NCBI RefSeq assembly: GCF_036507355.1
Contig: NZ_AP027877.1
From: Escherichia coli
GTDB lineage: Bacteria > Pseudomonadota > Gammaproteobacteria > Enterobacterales > Enterobacteriaceae
Strand: one strand, 5' to 3'
Length of the DNA stretch: 64,000 bases
This document shows, in pieces, positions 1 to 14,562 of the stretch. The notes under the pieces were generated by a model. That model searched no databases. It saw nothing but the letters and a program-made list of their open reading frames with translations, and was not told where the DNA came from. Positions within the stretch are counted from its first letter, which is position 1. Each line of letters opens with the position of its first letter. Both the position numbers and the translations under genes were made by a program.

Positions 1-400
1 GTGAGAACAGATCAACAACCACGGCAAGATACAGCCAGCCTTCGTGGGTCCTGATGTAGGTTATGTCCGTTACCCAACGCTTATCCGGAGCATCCGGATT
101 GAACTGTCGCTGGAGCCTGTTGGGCGACACGATACTGGCCTCGCCTTTACGTGCCCGCGGGCTCCGGTATCCGACCTGAGCCTTTATCCCGACACGTTTC
201 ATCAGTCGCCAGACTCTGTTCACTCCGCACTGTTGCCCGCTGTCCCGCAGATCCAGATGGATTTTGCGATAACCATAGACGCATCCCGATTCCAGCCAGA
301 ACTGTTTAATCTGCCCTGTCAGCCTCAGGTCTGCCTGATGGCGTTGTGAATGCGGCTGCTGAAGCCAGGCGTAAAAACCACTGGGATGAACATCCAGCAC
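1..400 (-). CDS. IS3-family transposase OrfB (DDE/rve), 3' part outside window
   Basis: Position-equivalent to OrfB of copy B (36072-36884) by coordinate mapping; runs off the window edge. Confidence 0.65.
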   Translation of the reverse strand, partial: MLDVHPSGFYAWLQQPHSQRHQADLRLTGQIKQFWLESGCVYGYRKIHLDLRDSGQQCGVNRVWRLMKRVGIKAQVGYRSPRARKGEASIVSPNRLQRQFNPDAPDKRWVTDITYIRTHEGWLYLAVVVDLFS

Positions 401-456
401 CCGACAGAGCAGGCGAACAGGCCAGCAACAGGTGTTGTCACGGATAAAGGCGTACC

Positions 457-741
457 TCAGTCGGACAGCTTTGCGAAGTACGCCGCGGCTTTTTTTAATA
501 TGTCCCGTTCGTCGGTAACCCGCTTCAGCTCTTTCTGGAGACGGCGGATCTCGGCCTGAGCATCTGACTGTTCTTTATTAGCGGAAGAATCCGGACCGTA
601 CTTCTTTATCCAGGCGTAAAGGCTGTGGGTGGTGATATCGAGACGTGTTGCAACGCTGGCAACAGAATAACCGCGATCAACAACCTGTTTGACTGCTTCA
701 ATTTTAAACTCTTCGGGATAACGCTTACCGCTCATGGGCAC
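457..741 (-). CDS. IS3-family transposase OrfA (HTH)
   Basis: 94-aa ORF identical to 35731-36015; T7 run at 490-496 is the reverse complement of the A7 slippery site. Confidence 0.85.
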   Translation of the reverse strand: MPMSGKRYPEEFKIEAVKQVVDRGYSVASVATRLDITTHSLYAWIKKYGPDSSANKEQSDAQAEIRRLQKELKRVTDERDILKKAAAYFAKLSD

Positions 742-795
742 CTCTCTTTAAGCCATCTTAAATGACTCTGAGGTGTCTGTTAAACCCGTGGCGAT

Positions 796-3114
<2,319 letters not shown>

Positions 3115-3427
3115 GCTTACCTTCCCTGAACGAGCTAACATAAATGCGCCCTTTCTAGCACAGCGAAAAAATGTAAATCCTGATAGCAATATGATTGAAA
3201 ATTAATAACTTTTCGTTAGGCAGTTTTGGGTGTGAGTTGCAAGAGGGGAGACTACTGAATAACTCAAGTTTTATAATCGAGGGGAAAATGGTGATGGCGT
3301 TCATAGCAAAACGCCCTCAACCATAAAGGTCGAGGGCGCTTAAGATGTTAAAAACCCGCTATCCGTTAAAAAACAATGTTCAACTAAGGTCAGTGACATT
3401 GCACTAAAAAAGCGAATTTTTAGAATT

Positions 3428-3503
3428 TGGCTCCTCTGACTGGACTCGAACCAGTGACATACGGATTAACAGTCCGCCGTTCTACCGACTGAACTACAGA
3501 GGA
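3428..3503 (-). tRNA. asnT: tRNA-Asn (GTT)
   Basis: 76-nt match to E. coli tRNA-Asn on reverse strand, ends CCA. Confidence 0.95.
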
Positions 3504-3603
3504 ATCGTGTGAACGGGGCGCATATTACTTAGCGGTACCTTGTCTGTCAACACTAAATTTCATAAGTCATTTCAATTGGTTAATTAATCTGCAACGTTGT
3601 TAA

Positions 3604-4401
3604 TTAATGAACATTCGTCGCCGAAAACGAGTCTGTATCATTAGCGTGATGCAGTCTCTGCAAAGGATCTTGTTGATAAAATTGGCAGAAACGTTGCCAC
3701 AATGAAGGGAAACGAGGAGCAAAAAGTTCTGGGGCGCTAAAGAAATATTCAGAAAGTACGGCAAAACATTCAGCAGGATCACTGGCAGCATAAGCATCAA
3801 TGCTCGCCGCATTCTCGCCAACCAATTCGATTTCTTCCTGAATGTTGTTCATTGCAGCATGAAGATCGTGTTCCCAGCCAGCAACCTCACGCAACGGAAT
3901 AAAGGGAACTCCGCTGGCGCGATCGCCGTTACGGGTGTCCAGCTTATGAGCGACTTCATGAATAATCAGGTTAAAACCAGAAGCATCAAAAGAATCTTGT
4001 ATATCCAACCAGTTCAAAACGATAGGCCCTTGCTGCCAGCTCTGACCTGACTGAACAATACGTTGGTTATGCACCAGACCGATATCGTCTTCCCATTCAT
4101 CATCGACCACAAATGGCGCAGGATAAATTAAGACTTCATGAAAACCATACAGCCATTCCAGTCCTAACTCCAGAACGGGTAGGCAAAATAGAAGTGCTAT
4201 CCGGCAGCTTCTTAATGAATCCAGTTCAAAGCCCTGTAAAGGAACAAGCCGCTTTTGCTGTAAAAAACGTTCGGCAAGAGTGACTAATTTGCTTTGTTCC
4301 TGTTCCGTCAGACACGTTAAAAGGGGGATCGATAGTGCTTCCTGCCAGGGAAGGGCAGTTTGATGTGCTGATTCTTGTACTTTCCAGGGCCACTTAATCA
4401 T
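3604..4401 (-). CDS. mtfA: Mlc titration factor A (zinc-dependent peptidase)
   Basis: 265-aa product starting MIKWPWK with HEVAH motif; ATG at 4399-4401. Confidence 0.93.
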   Translation of the reverse strand: MIKWPWKVQESAHQTALPWQEALSIPLLTCLTEQEQSKLVTLAERFLQQKRLVPLQGFELDSLRSCRIALLFCLPVLELGLEWLYGFHEVLIYPAPFVVDDEWEDDIGLVHNQRIVQSGQSWQQGPIVLNWLDIQDSFDASGFNLIIHEVAHKLDTRNGDRASGVPFIPLREVAGWEHDLHAAMNNIQEEIELVGENAASIDAYAASDPAECFAVLSEYFFSAPELFAPRFPSLWQRFCQFYQQDPLQRLHHANDTDSFSATNVH

Positions 4402-4494
4402 CGTTTTGCTCGCAAACTCGTCACTTGAACAAAATTGCACGGACAGGGACTGTTAAAATGCCAAATTTCCTGGCATCATGGCAACCATCTGAAC

Positions 4495-4584
4495 GGAGAG
4501 ATGCCGGAGCGGCTGAACGGACCGGTCTCGAAAACCGGAGTAGGGGCAACTCTACCGGGGGTTCAAATCCCCCTCTCTCCGCCA
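4495..4584 (+). tRNA. serU: tRNA-Ser (CGA)
   Basis: 90-nt match GGAGAGATGCCGGAGCGG...CTCTCCGCCA, long variable arm. Confidence 0.95.
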
Positions 4585-5153
4585 CTTTATCAATGACTTA
4601 TCTCCCGACTTCCCGCCTTGCTTTTCCTAAACAGAACAATCGTAGAATATTCTTGAAGGGTTAGATCGTCACTGTTTTCTGTTCGATACTGTGACATTCA
4701 GCACTTGATTCGCTATGGATCTGACAGGAAGCTTTCGAGCGAAAATGTGCAGTTATTCAGTCGTTTTCTTATCGCTCACCATTATTCTTTTAGACATTCA
4801 TCCTATGAAACTGCCGCAAAGTTGGTGGTGGGAACTGAAGTTGCGTAGAGAAGGGGTCAATAATTAAGTCAAAAAAGGAACGCGGCCGTCAGATTAAAGC
4901 CGCGGGACAAAGTCCATAATTTCCAAGAGTTGTTGAATTTCCCAGCTTTTTTGAAAGCCTTTGTATCATACTAACAAGTAAAAAAGGTTTAAATACCAAA
5001 ATTAACCTGTATTTTTGATAAGTCTTACCATTGTACGATTTACACAGTTTCTGCTCCTCCTTGTTGATAGTGGAAAGGGTGCATTGTGCACTTGCGTAAA
5101 CATTTATGACGCGTTGATGTCCATGGTTCACATTTCCTTGTCAGGGGATCGAC

Positions 5154-5684
5154 TTATTTGCGGCGAGGCATCATTCGTAACAGAGTATTATCTTTCTGAA
5201 TGTAGTGATGAAAGAGTGCTGCGCCAGCGTGAGCTGCGATTAAAAAGTAACCTATATTTGCCCAGGTTTCGTGAATATTTTTTATCAGTGCTTTAATTTC
5301 GCTGTTTGGGGTAACAAAGGGAGACACATTGAAACCAAGGAAACTCCACGATTTTCCACTGTAAGCCATCAAAGCAATCCCCAGCAGAGGAAGTGCAAGG
5401 AAGGTTATATAAAGCATGATGTGCATTAGCGAAGCCGCTTTCATTTGCCAGGCAGGTGGCGGTGGCACAATAGAAGGACCACTATAACGGTGTTTTATAA
5501 TCAGGCGTGGAAACATTAACACCCAAACGAATATACCCGCATTGTAATGTGTTTCTCGCATCAGCAGATAAGTACTACTACCTTTAGGAAACCAGCCACG
5601 GAGTTCCATCGCGGCATAGGTTATTGCAACGAAAAGCAGCGTTATCCAATGTAAATAAATTTGAGTTTTTGAGAATCGGTTCAT
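5154..5684 (-). CDS. yodB: Cytochrome b561 family protein
   Basis: 176-aa membrane protein MNRFSKTQIYLHW...; start chosen by K-12 length. Confidence 0.9.
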   Translation of the reverse strand: MNRFSKTQIYLHWITLLFVAITYAAMELRGWFPKGSSTYLLMRETHYNAGIFVWVLMFPRLIIKHRYSGPSIVPPPPAWQMKAASLMHIMLYITFLALPLLGIALMAYSGKSWSFLGFNVSPFVTPNSEIKALIKNIHETWANIGYFLIAAHAGAALFHHYIQKDNTLLRMMPRRK

Positions 5685-6026
5685 TTTTGTAGCTCCTGTA
5701 ATTTTCACAGTCAAGCTATCCCACGAACCTTAAAAATTCCTTATACAGATGTGGTTTTAAGAATTTGTTATTTAAAAAATTGATAGTGCATATTGTAACC
5801 AGCCAATATAAGCAATGGCGTGAGCACAGGTATCTTTCTCTGTTGGCCGTATTGTGTATGGAATCCGTTATTGGTTAACTCAATGCGGGTTAGCTTATTA
5901 ATATACAGACACGTCATAGTGATGAGCGTGTCTGTAGCTAGCTTGCGTTCAGTGGCGTTTGTGGATGGACCAGTGGCAGTTATGATGACTTACTAAAGCG
6001 GCATCGAGGCGTTATCATGAGAATAC

Positions 6027-6677
6027 TCAATGAGACATCATTTCCTCGACCACTTCTTCGCTACTCAACTGATATGGATAATACGTTGGCCAGTTTTCCA
6101 TTTCATTTAATAAAGATTGCTGTGAATCATTACCCATAAAAATGTGAAAATGAGATGATTTTCGTGGTGCAATTATATGATCGCTAAATTGTATATATTT
6201 AGGGGCTTTGCTTTCAGGATCTTTACATTCGAATAAGTAACGAACGCCTTTCTTGCCTGATTTATAGGTGAGTATTTTGTATCCATCGTAATCATATTTA
6301 CAGGATGTTGTTTCATTATTTCTATGGAATTCAACAATGCCGTCCTCAATGCCAATCATCTCGATATCTGTTGCATAACCTTTGTGATAATAATCTTTAA
6401 TTTCAGCAAATGTTTTAGTTTTATCTGCATCCGCTTTCTTCTGAAAGACGGGGTCAAGTTTGCCACTTTGCAGTAAAGGATAAACGGATTGCCAGACTCC
6501 ATCCCAGTCACTGAGCGTTCGGTTTTGTACATTGGCATCATCAAAAACACCATTAGCAGCTTTTTGTTCGACCTCTGTTAAGGGTTTGCCGTGTGAGTGA
6601 TGACCATGCGAAAAGGCAGGAGCGCTAACAATAAAGACACCTAAAGCAACAGCCAGTTTGTGAAGACGAATCGCCAA
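6027..6677 (-). CDS. zinT: Periplasmic zinc/cadmium-binding protein ZinT
   Basis: His-rich N-terminus HGHHSHGK; 216 codons from in-frame TTG at 6675-6677 (track ATG 6698 gives 223). Confidence 0.9.
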   Translation of the reverse strand: MAIRLHKLAVALGVFIVSAPAFSHGHHSHGKPLTEVEQKAANGVFDDANVQNRTLSDWDGVWQSVYPLLQSGKLDPVFQKKADADKTKTFAEIKDYYHKGYATDIEMIGIEDGIVEFHRNNETTSCKYDYDGYKILTYKSGKKGVRYLFECKDPESKAPKYIQFSDHIIAPRKSSHFHIFMGNDSQQSLLNEMENWPTYYPYQLSSEEVVEEMMSH

Positions 6678-6707
6678 AACAGTTTCCTCCAGAGTCATTG
6701 TATATGA

Positions 6708-6732
6708 TGTGTAATGTTATATTGTAACATAT
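6708..6732. promoter_or_regulatory. Zur box upstream of zinT
   Basis: TGTAATGTTATATTGTAACAT near-palindrome resembling the Zur operator consensus, just upstream of the zinT start. Confidence 0.6.
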
Positions 6733-6867
6733 GACAAAATGCAACAACTCTTAGGAGATGAGAGCATAGTTTTCTCAGGTGTACTTATCTATCTTATTGA
6801 AATAAAATGAATTATGTTGATAATTTGAGGTTGATGACAAACGAAACATAACCTGATGTGATCTGCG

Positions 6868-6903
6868 TAGGCCGGATAGGGCGCTCGCGCCGCATCCGGC
6901 AGG
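6868..6903. repeat. REP-like palindromic element
   Basis: GTAGGCCGGATAGGGCGCTCGCGCCGCATCCGGCAG between zinT and msrQ. Confidence 0.6.
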
Positions 6904-6933
6904 GATAACGCGTACTTTGTCGGCAATATGAAG

Positions 6934-7569
6934 TTATAGAGATAATTTGTTGTGAACCTGCTTGCGTAACCGGTTGAAAAAGGAAAGCAACTTCTTATAC
7001 CGTAAGGCTAAAAGCAGTACCGCCAGCCCAGCGTAGATGAGTGGCTGCGGTGAAATAATCTTCACTGACCACAAATAATGTATTGGGGCCAGGATCGCGA
7101 CAAGATAGACGAAGTTATGCAACTGTTGCCAGTGCTTGCCGAGTTTTCGCTGCATCGCCTGGGTTGAAGTGAACGCTAAAGCAAGCAAAATTACCCAGCT
7201 GATAATACCTAACGTTAAATAAGGCCGGGTAATTAACTCCTTACCTAATAACGCCAGATTATTCACGCCCAGCTCCAGCAATGCGTAACTTGTTAAATGC
7301 AGTGTCGCCCAGGCAAAGCACCATAATCCTAACAGGCGGCGAGTGCGTATCAATAACGGCTGTTTTGCGTAGCGTGCCATAGGTGTGATTAACAAGGTCG
7401 CCAGCAAAAATTTCAGTGCAGTGCGACCGGTAAAATGCTGAATATCTTTCACCGGATCGGCACCCAGTCCACCGTGATTGATCGCCCAGACCAGCCAGAG
7501 AAACGGCAACAATCCGGCAAGATGCAGGCAAACTTTCAGCCATGTCACCTGTTTTGCTGTCAGACGCAT
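6934..7569 (-). CDS. msrQ: Methionine sulfoxide reductase haem-binding subunit MsrQ
   Basis: 211-aa polytopic membrane protein; stop of msrP abuts its ATG. Confidence 0.92.
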   Translation of the reverse strand: MRLTAKQVTWLKVCLHLAGLLPFLWLVWAINHGGLGADPVKDIQHFTGRTALKFLLATLLITPMARYAKQPLLIRTRRLLGLWCFAWATLHLTSYALLELGVNNLALLGKELITRPYLTLGIISWVILLALAFTSTQAMQRKLGKHWQQLHNFVYLVAILAPIHYLWSVKIISPQPLIYAGLAVLLLALRYKKLLSFFNRLRKQVHNKLSL

Positions 7570-8580
<1,011 letters not shown>

Positions 8581-8682
8581 TCACACTTTTTTGTCGTTAG
8601 CCAGCAAGAGCCGTTTACTGTTAATCTGTCAGGGAGTGTCCTCCCTAACAGTAGCAGAGATCTGCTTTTACATATTTATGCA

Positions 8683-9096
8683 TTAACTGCCACGATAGGT
8701 TGAATACCCATATTGGCTAAGTAATAAAGGCACATGATAATGCTCGTTCACTTTATTAATATGAAATTCAACGGGGATCTCAGGGAAGAAACTTTCAAGA
8801 TTTTGTTTCTTGAAATAGTCCCCGGTTTTAAATACGACACGGTAATCGCCCGTAGTTGCAGTTTGCTCGGGCCACAGTGCCTTAATTCGTCCATCCTTAT
8901 CTGTTTTGGCGGTATTAAGTTGTAACCAGCCGTTGTCCGCTTTCTTTTCAAGAGTGACTGTCACGTCGGCAGCGGGTTTTCCTGTTTGCTGGTTCAAAAT
9001 GTGCACGCTAAGAATGTTTTGTTGTGCAGCATAGACCAAAGAAGGTAATGAAAATGCAGCCGTTACTACGGAGAGTACTAAATAACGCTTTAACAT
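8683..9096 (-). CDS. hiuH: 5-hydroxyisourate hydrolase (transthyretin-like)
   Basis: 137 aa, signal peptide, C-terminal YRGS. Confidence 0.92.
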   Translation of the reverse strand: MLKRYLVLSVVTAAFSLPSLVYAAQQNILSVHILNQQTGKPAADVTVTLEKKADNGWLQLNTAKTDKDGRIKALWPEQTATTGDYRVVFKTGDYFKKQNLESFFPEIPVEFHINKVNEHYHVPLLLSQYGYSTYRGS

Positions 9097-9165
9097 GTTT
9101 ATATCCTTGTCATGTGAATGAGTTTTGAGGATAGCGAAAAAGCGTCCAGGGTAACCTTACAGCAG

Positions 9166-9183
9166 CATTACAATTTTGTAATG
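9166..9183. promoter_or_regulatory. HprR/CusR-type response-regulator box in hiuH-hprR divergent region
   Basis: Inverted repeat CATTACAA-TT-TTGTAATG between divergent hiuH and hprR. Confidence 0.6.
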
Positions 9184-9228
9184 AACCAGGCTGTTTCTAT
9201 AACATATGATTTATGGCATATTATTTTC

Positions 9229-9900
9229 ATGAAGATTTTACTTATTGAAGATAATCAAAGGACCCAGGAGTGGGTAACGCAGGGGCTTTCCGAAGCGGGT
9301 TATGTCATTGATGCCGTTTCTGATGGCAGAGATGGGCTTTATCTTGCGCTGAAGGATGATTATGCATTGATCATTCTGGATATTATGCTTCCGGGTATGG
9401 ATGGCTGGCAGATCTTACAAACGTTAAGAACAGCAAAGCAAACCCCTGTTATTTGCCTTACTGCAAGGGATTCTGTCGATGACAGAGTCAGAGGGCTGGA
9501 CAGTGGGGCAAATGATTATCTGGTAAAACCTTTTTCATTTTCTGAGTTGCTGGCAAGGGTTCGGGCACAATTAAGGCAACATCACGCTTTGAATTCAACA
9601 TTAGAAATCAGCGGCTTAAGAATGGACTCTGTTAGTCAAAGTGTGAGCAGGGACAATGTCAGTATTACACTGACGCGCAAGGAGTTTCAGTTACTTTGGC
9701 TACTGGCCTCCAGAGCTGGCGAAATTATACCCAGAACGGTTATTGCGAGTGAAATTTGGGGAATCAACTTTGATAGTGATACCAATACGGTGGATGTCGC
9801 CATTCGCAGGCTCCGCGCAAAAGTTGATGATCCTTTTCCTGAAAAGCTAATTGCCACAATCCGGGGGATGGGGTATTCATTCGTAGCGGTAAAAAAATAA
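9229..9900 (+). CDS. hprR: OmpR-family response regulator HprR
   Basis: 223 aa from MKILLIEDN; receiver plus winged-helix domains. Confidence 0.92.
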   Translation: MKILLIEDNQRTQEWVTQGLSEAGYVIDAVSDGRDGLYLALKDDYALIILDIMLPGMDGWQILQTLRTAKQTPVICLTARDSVDDRVRGLDSGANDYLVKPFSFSELLARVRAQLRQHHALNSTLEISGLRMDSVSQSVSRDNVSITLTRKEFQLLWLLASRAGEIIPRTVIASEIWGINFDSDTNTVDVAIRRLRAKVDDPFPEKLIATIRGMGYSFVAVKK

Positions 9901-11258
9901 TGAAAAGATTATCTATAACCGTCCGTTTAACCTTGCTTTTTATATTGCTGCTGTCTGTTGCTGGCGCCGGAATTGTCTGGACTCTCTATAATGGCCTGGC
10001 AAGTGAGTTGAAATGGCGCGATGATACAACACTCATTAACCGGACAGCGCAGATCAAGCAGTTGTTAATTGATGGGGTAAATCCAGATACGTTACCTGTA
10101 TACTTTAACCGGATGATGGATGTTAGTCAGGATATCTTGATCATTCATGGTGATAGCATCAATAAAATTGTTAACCGGACAAATGTCAGTGATGGCATGT
10201 TAAATAACATACCTGCTAGTGAGACAATCAGTGTAGCTGGCATTTACAGAAGCATTATTAATGATACAGAGATAGATGCTTTACGAATTAATATTGATGA
10301 AGTTTCGCCATCATTAACGGTTACTGTGGCTAAATTGGCTTCAGCCAGACATAACATGCTTGAACAGTATAAAATCAATAGCATTATAATTTGCATTGTC
10401 GCCATTATACTGTGCTCAGTATTAAGTCCGCTGTTAATCCGAACGGGGTTACGAGAGATCAAAAAGTTGAGTGGTGTAACGGAAGCGCTGAATTATAACG
10501 ATAGCCGAGAGCCTGTTGAGGTTAGCGCATTACCGAGAGAACTAAAACCTCTTGGGCAGGCGTTGAATAAAATGCATCATGCTTTAGTCAAAGATTTTGA
10601 GCGTCTAAGTCAGTTTGCTGACGATCTCGCTCATGAACTTAGAACGCCAATTAATGCATTACTGGGTCAGAATCAGGTTACGCTCAGTCAAACCAGAAGT
10701 ATCGCTGAATATCAAAAAACAATTGCCGGAAACATTGAAGAGCTGGAAAATATTTCGCGGTTAACAGAGAACATACTGTTTCTTGCCAGGGCAGATAAAA
10801 ACAATGTTTTGGTGAAGCTGGACTCGCTTTCTCTCAATAAGGAAGTCGAAAATTTGTTGGACTATCTTGAATATCTTTCAGACGAGAAAGAGATTTGCTT
10901 TAAGGTCGAGTGCAATCAGCAAATCTTTGCGGATAAAATTTTACTGCAACGAATGTTATCGAATCTTATTGTTAACGCTATTCGATATTCGCCAGAAAAA
11001 TCGCGTATTCATATAACCAGTTTTCTTGATACCAACGGATCTCTTAATATTGATATCGCCAGCCCTGGAACGAAAATTAATGAGCCTGAAAAACTCTTCC
11101 GTAGATTTTGGCGGGGAGATAATTCGCGTCATTCCGTAGGTCAGGGACTAGGCCTTTCTTTAGTCAAAGCGATTGCCGAATTACATGGGGGAAGTGCTAC
11201 GTATCACTATCTCAATAAGCATAATGTGTTCCGGATTACGTTGCCGCAAAGAAATTAA
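9900..11258 (+). CDS. hprS: Sensor histidine kinase HprS
   Basis: 452 aa, two TM segments, H-box HELRTP, ATPase domain; ATGA overlap with hprR. Confidence 0.92.
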   Translation: MKRLSITVRLTLLFILLLSVAGAGIVWTLYNGLASELKWRDDTTLINRTAQIKQLLIDGVNPDTLPVYFNRMMDVSQDILIIHGDSINKIVNRTNVSDGMLNNIPASETISVAGIYRSIINDTEIDALRINIDEVSPSLTVTVAKLASARHNMLEQYKINSIIICIVAIILCSVLSPLLIRTGLREIKKLSGVTEALNYNDSREPVEVSALPRELKPLGQALNKMHHALVKDFERLSQFADDLAHELRTPINALLGQNQVTLSQTRSIAEYQKTIAGNIEELENISRLTENILFLARADKNNVLVKLDSLSLNKEVENLLDYLEYLSDEKEICFKVECNQQIFADKILLQRMLSNLIVNAIRYSPEKSRIHITSFLDTNGSLNIDIASPGTKINEPEKLFRRFWRGDNSRHSVGQGLGLSLVKAIAELHGGSATYHYLNKHNVFRITLPQRN

Positions 11259-11365
11259 CATAGGGCTTCAGTACGCCATAAATTAACCGTGAAAAAACGC
11301 AGCCACGTCGTTAATACTAACGCGGCTGCGATTGATTATGCGCTTACATTAAAACGTAACAGGGA

Positions 11366-12217
11366 TTAACCCGCGTAAGCTGCCAGCATTTCCTGCGCCG
11401 CCAGTTTACCCAACGCATTCGCTGCGAAAGGACTGTCGCCGGTGAGAAGTTTACGGTCCTTATGTACTCGCCCGGTGATGTCGTCATTAATGATGTTCAT
11501 GCCCATTTTCTTCAGTTCTTCGCCGAAGTACCAGGTGAGATGACCCGGCATATAGCCAATCTCTGGCGTTTGTTTGTCTGCGGCGTCTGGGAATGCGCAA
11601 ATGGAATAACCATTCAGTGGGTTATCGCCGTGGCGAAGCGCCAGAAAAGCCGCCGGGCCGTGGCAAAGGGAGATAACAAAACGGTCATTTTTGATTGCCC
11701 ACTGTAAAGCGGCAGCTACGTCCTGGCTTTCAGGTAAACCAATAAGTGCGCCATGACCACCAGGAACAAAGATTGCTGCATATTCGCTATCAGCGTTGAG
11801 GCTGGCGACAACCTCCGCGAGTTTCTTCGGATTGCGGAACAACGATTTATGCTGCTCAAAGAATGGCATTACTTTTTCATCTTTGTGCGGCATAGCCCAG
11901 TATTCAAACTTGGTCATCAGACCGGAAATGGTCGCCACTTCGAATTCGAAACCTGCAGCATGGAGATGATACAACGGCAGCAACGTTTCAATCGGATGGT
12001 TACCGGTCGAGAACAGTTTTCCGTTATCGGTCGGCAAATAACGTTCGTCCGCGGCGATCACCAGAATTTTATGTTTACCGCGATACGGTTTTGGATAGTC
12101 CACGCCATCAAGATCAGAGACAGGACTGGTATATTGGCTAAGCGAATATTCTGAAGGGAAGAATGCATTATCTTCAGCAATATCGACCTGCGGATTTTTA
12201 CTTGTTTGAACAGTCAT
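11366..12217 (-). CDS. hchA: Glyoxalase III / Hsp31 (DJ-1/PfpI family)
   Basis: 283 aa MTVQTSKNPQVD... Confidence 0.93.
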   Translation of the reverse strand: MTVQTSKNPQVDIAEDNAFFPSEYSLSQYTSPVSDLDGVDYPKPYRGKHKILVIAADERYLPTDNGKLFSTGNHPIETLLPLYHLHAAGFEFEVATISGLMTKFEYWAMPHKDEKVMPFFEQHKSLFRNPKKLAEVVASLNADSEYAAIFVPGGHGALIGLPESQDVAAALQWAIKNDRFVISLCHGPAAFLALRHGDNPLNGYSICAFPDAADKQTPEIGYMPGHLTWYFGEELKKMGMNIINDDITGRVHKDRKLLTGDSPFAANALGKLAAQEMLAAYAG

Positions 12218-12808
12218 AGTGTATTCCTTATTGTTGCTTAGTTAGGGTAGTCACTATATTTGCGACTGAGCTGGTCGCTATTTTTAACCAGGCTAGAAAA
12301 TTGAGTCAATATATCGAAAGCGGTAGTCGGCGGGTGTAAGTATGTAATGATGATGCTGCACTGGTGTTGAATATTATTCACGCCAAATTTTCCTTATTGA
12401 GCAACGTCGTCGCAAGTGGCCTCAATGATTTTAGACCATTATCAAAGGTACGGGGCGGCGGGGAGAGATTTAGTGCTGTGGAATATTGTGGTGCTGATGA
12501 ATATTTATATCCAGGATTGGCAGAGAAAAAGCTTTTTTCATGCACTATTTTTGCAAATATTTCTATATGGGAGGCGGTTTTGTTGCAGATTAATTCATAA
12601 AGAAATGCATTTGGGTCTTGGTTTGAAGAGTAGCTGGTTGATGTTATTGTGCCAGGAGGTGCAGGATAAGGGGCTGTATCGATATGCTTTGGCAATTGCG
12701 CGTGCCGCAGAGGGAGATGAAATGCCAATAAAAAAGCCTGAGTTCGATGAGGGACGAACTCAGGCTAGTGTTAAGTTTTACAGTAACACGCCGCAGCGAG
12801 TTGGCTGA

Positions 12809-13996
12809 TTAGAACTGGTAGACTAAGCCCACAGCAACGATATCATCGGTAGCGATGCCGTTTTCTTTGTAGAAGTCGTCGTCGTTGTCCAGCAGGTTGA
12901 TTTTGTAATCAACATAAGTGGACATGTTTTTGTTGAAGTAGTAGGTCATACCAATATCAACATATTTAACCAGATCTTTGTTGGTGTAATGATGATTACC
13001 CTGGCTGTCGAAGTTATCACTATTTACACCGCCTAAATCCTTACCTTTAGATTGCAGGTAAGCGATGGACGGGCGCAGACCGAAGTCGAACTGATACTGA
13101 GCAACAACTTCAAAGTTTTGGGTTTTGTTAGCGATGGCATCAGCATCACCGTAACCAGTCATGTTACGGGTTTCAGCATACATAGCTGCTAAGTAAACGT
13201 TATTAGCGTCGTATTTAGCACCAACGGTCCATGCTTCTGCTGTTTCACCGCCAGCAGTTGCATCGAAGCGATCTCCATAACGAGTGTTATGAGTACCTTT
13301 GTGAACCTGATTGTCGGTACGGTCAGAGTTAGAGTAAGCAGCGCCCAGACTTAAACCAAAGTCAAAGTCATAGGAAGTGGACATACCGTAACCGTCGCCG
13401 TTCTCTTTAGCAAGTTTACGTCCATTACCGTTACCTGAACCTTCTTGATCAAATAATCCGCTTTTCTCGTTGTTACCCTGATACTGGAGTGCAAAGTTCA
13501 GACCATCAACTTGACCAAAGAAACCATTGTTACGATAGGTTGCTACGCTGTTAGCACGACCGTTCATGAAGTTGTCAGCGCCAGCATAGGTATCTCCACC
13601 AAATTCTGGCAGCATATCGGTCCATGCTTCTACGTCATATACGACACCGTAGTTACGACCATAGTCGAAAGTACCATTCTGACCAAAGCCGAAACCTGCA
13701 AATGCCAGACGCGTTGCGGTATTACCCTTGTCGCTTTCAGGACCGTTTGCGCCAATGTTAAATTCCCACTGACCATAACCAGTGAACTGGTCAGCGATCT
13801 GGGTTTCACCTTTGAAACCGATACGGGCATATGACATGTCGCCATCACTGCCAGAGTCATCAGAGAAGTAGTGCAGACCCGCTACTTTTCCGTACAAATC
13901 CAGTTTATTGCCATCTTTATTATAGACTTCAGCCGCATTTGCTGCGCCAGCAACTAATAACGCCGGGACCAGCATTGCCAGAACTTTTCTTTTCAT
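12809..13996 (-). CDS. yedS: OmpC/OmpF-family general porin, apparently intact
   Basis: Signal peptide [21 protein letters not shown], ~395 aa, C-terminal ...GLVYQF. Confidence 0.88.
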   Translation of the reverse strand: MKRKVLAMLVPALLVAGAANAAEVYNKDGNKLDLYGKVAGLHYFSDDSGSDGDMSYARIGFKGETQIADQFTGYGQWEFNIGANGPESDKGNTATRLAFAGFGFGQNGTFDYGRNYGVVYDVEAWTDMLPEFGGDTYAGADNFMNGRANSVATYRNNGFFGQVDGLNFALQYQGNNEKSGLFDQEGSGNGNGRKLAKENGDGYGMSTSYDFDFGLSLGAAYSNSDRTDNQVHKGTHNTRYGDRFDATAGGETAEAWTVGAKYDANNVYLAAMYAETRNMTGYGDADAIANKTQNFEVVAQYQFDFGLRPSIAYLQSKGKDLGGVNSDNFDSQGNHHYTNKDLVKYVDIGMTYYFNKNMSTYVDYKINLLDNDDDFYKENGIATDDIVAVGLVYQF

Positions 13997-14307
13997 TATG
14001 TATTCCCTTGTGATTATAATCTTCATGAATATATCAATAAGTGCCGTTATCCAAAAAAAAGCACATTTGGATACTATTCTATGAAGTTCATTTTATTTTA
14101 AAGATTACATGTAACAAATGTATTTAAAAGACTTCAAAATGTTTCTAATCTATTTAATATGATTCATAATTATGAATTCTAAATATAAATATTCATGAAA
14201 ATTATAAGTATATATCAATATGTTATGAGTTGAGCGGAAAGATAGGGAGTATCAATGATTGTTACGCCAAACACCTGGTGTGATCACGCGCACATTAATG
14301 AAGGCAT

Positions 14308-14398
14308 AAAAAAAAGCCGGCATCATGCCGGCCCAAAAAATATAAACAAGACGATAAAAGGCTAATAACGGAAGCATCATGACACAGAATAATAAAAA
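14308..14398 (-). ncRNA. rseX: Candidate small RNA at the RseX locus (yedS-yedR intergenic)
   Basis: Minus-strand intrinsic terminator (hairpin 14316-14332, U8 from the A-run at 14308-14315); locus placement from memory of K-12, sequence identity not verified. Confidence 0.35.
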
Positions 14399-14562
14399 GG
14401 TATAATTGTAATCAGTGCTAATATATTGATTGAATGAATTAATAAAGCCGATATCAAAGATAAATAAAATCGCTCAAAACGATTTTTCCTGTATTCACTG
14501 CCGTTGCGCAAAAATTATCTATTTGTTCAAAAAATGAGTGAGTCTTGACTGGCTCATTCAAT

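Noticed and set aside
12378-12808. Overlapping ORFs on both strands between hchA and yedS
   Set aside because: No ribosome-binding sites, they overlap each other, and the region is the porin regulatory intergenic.
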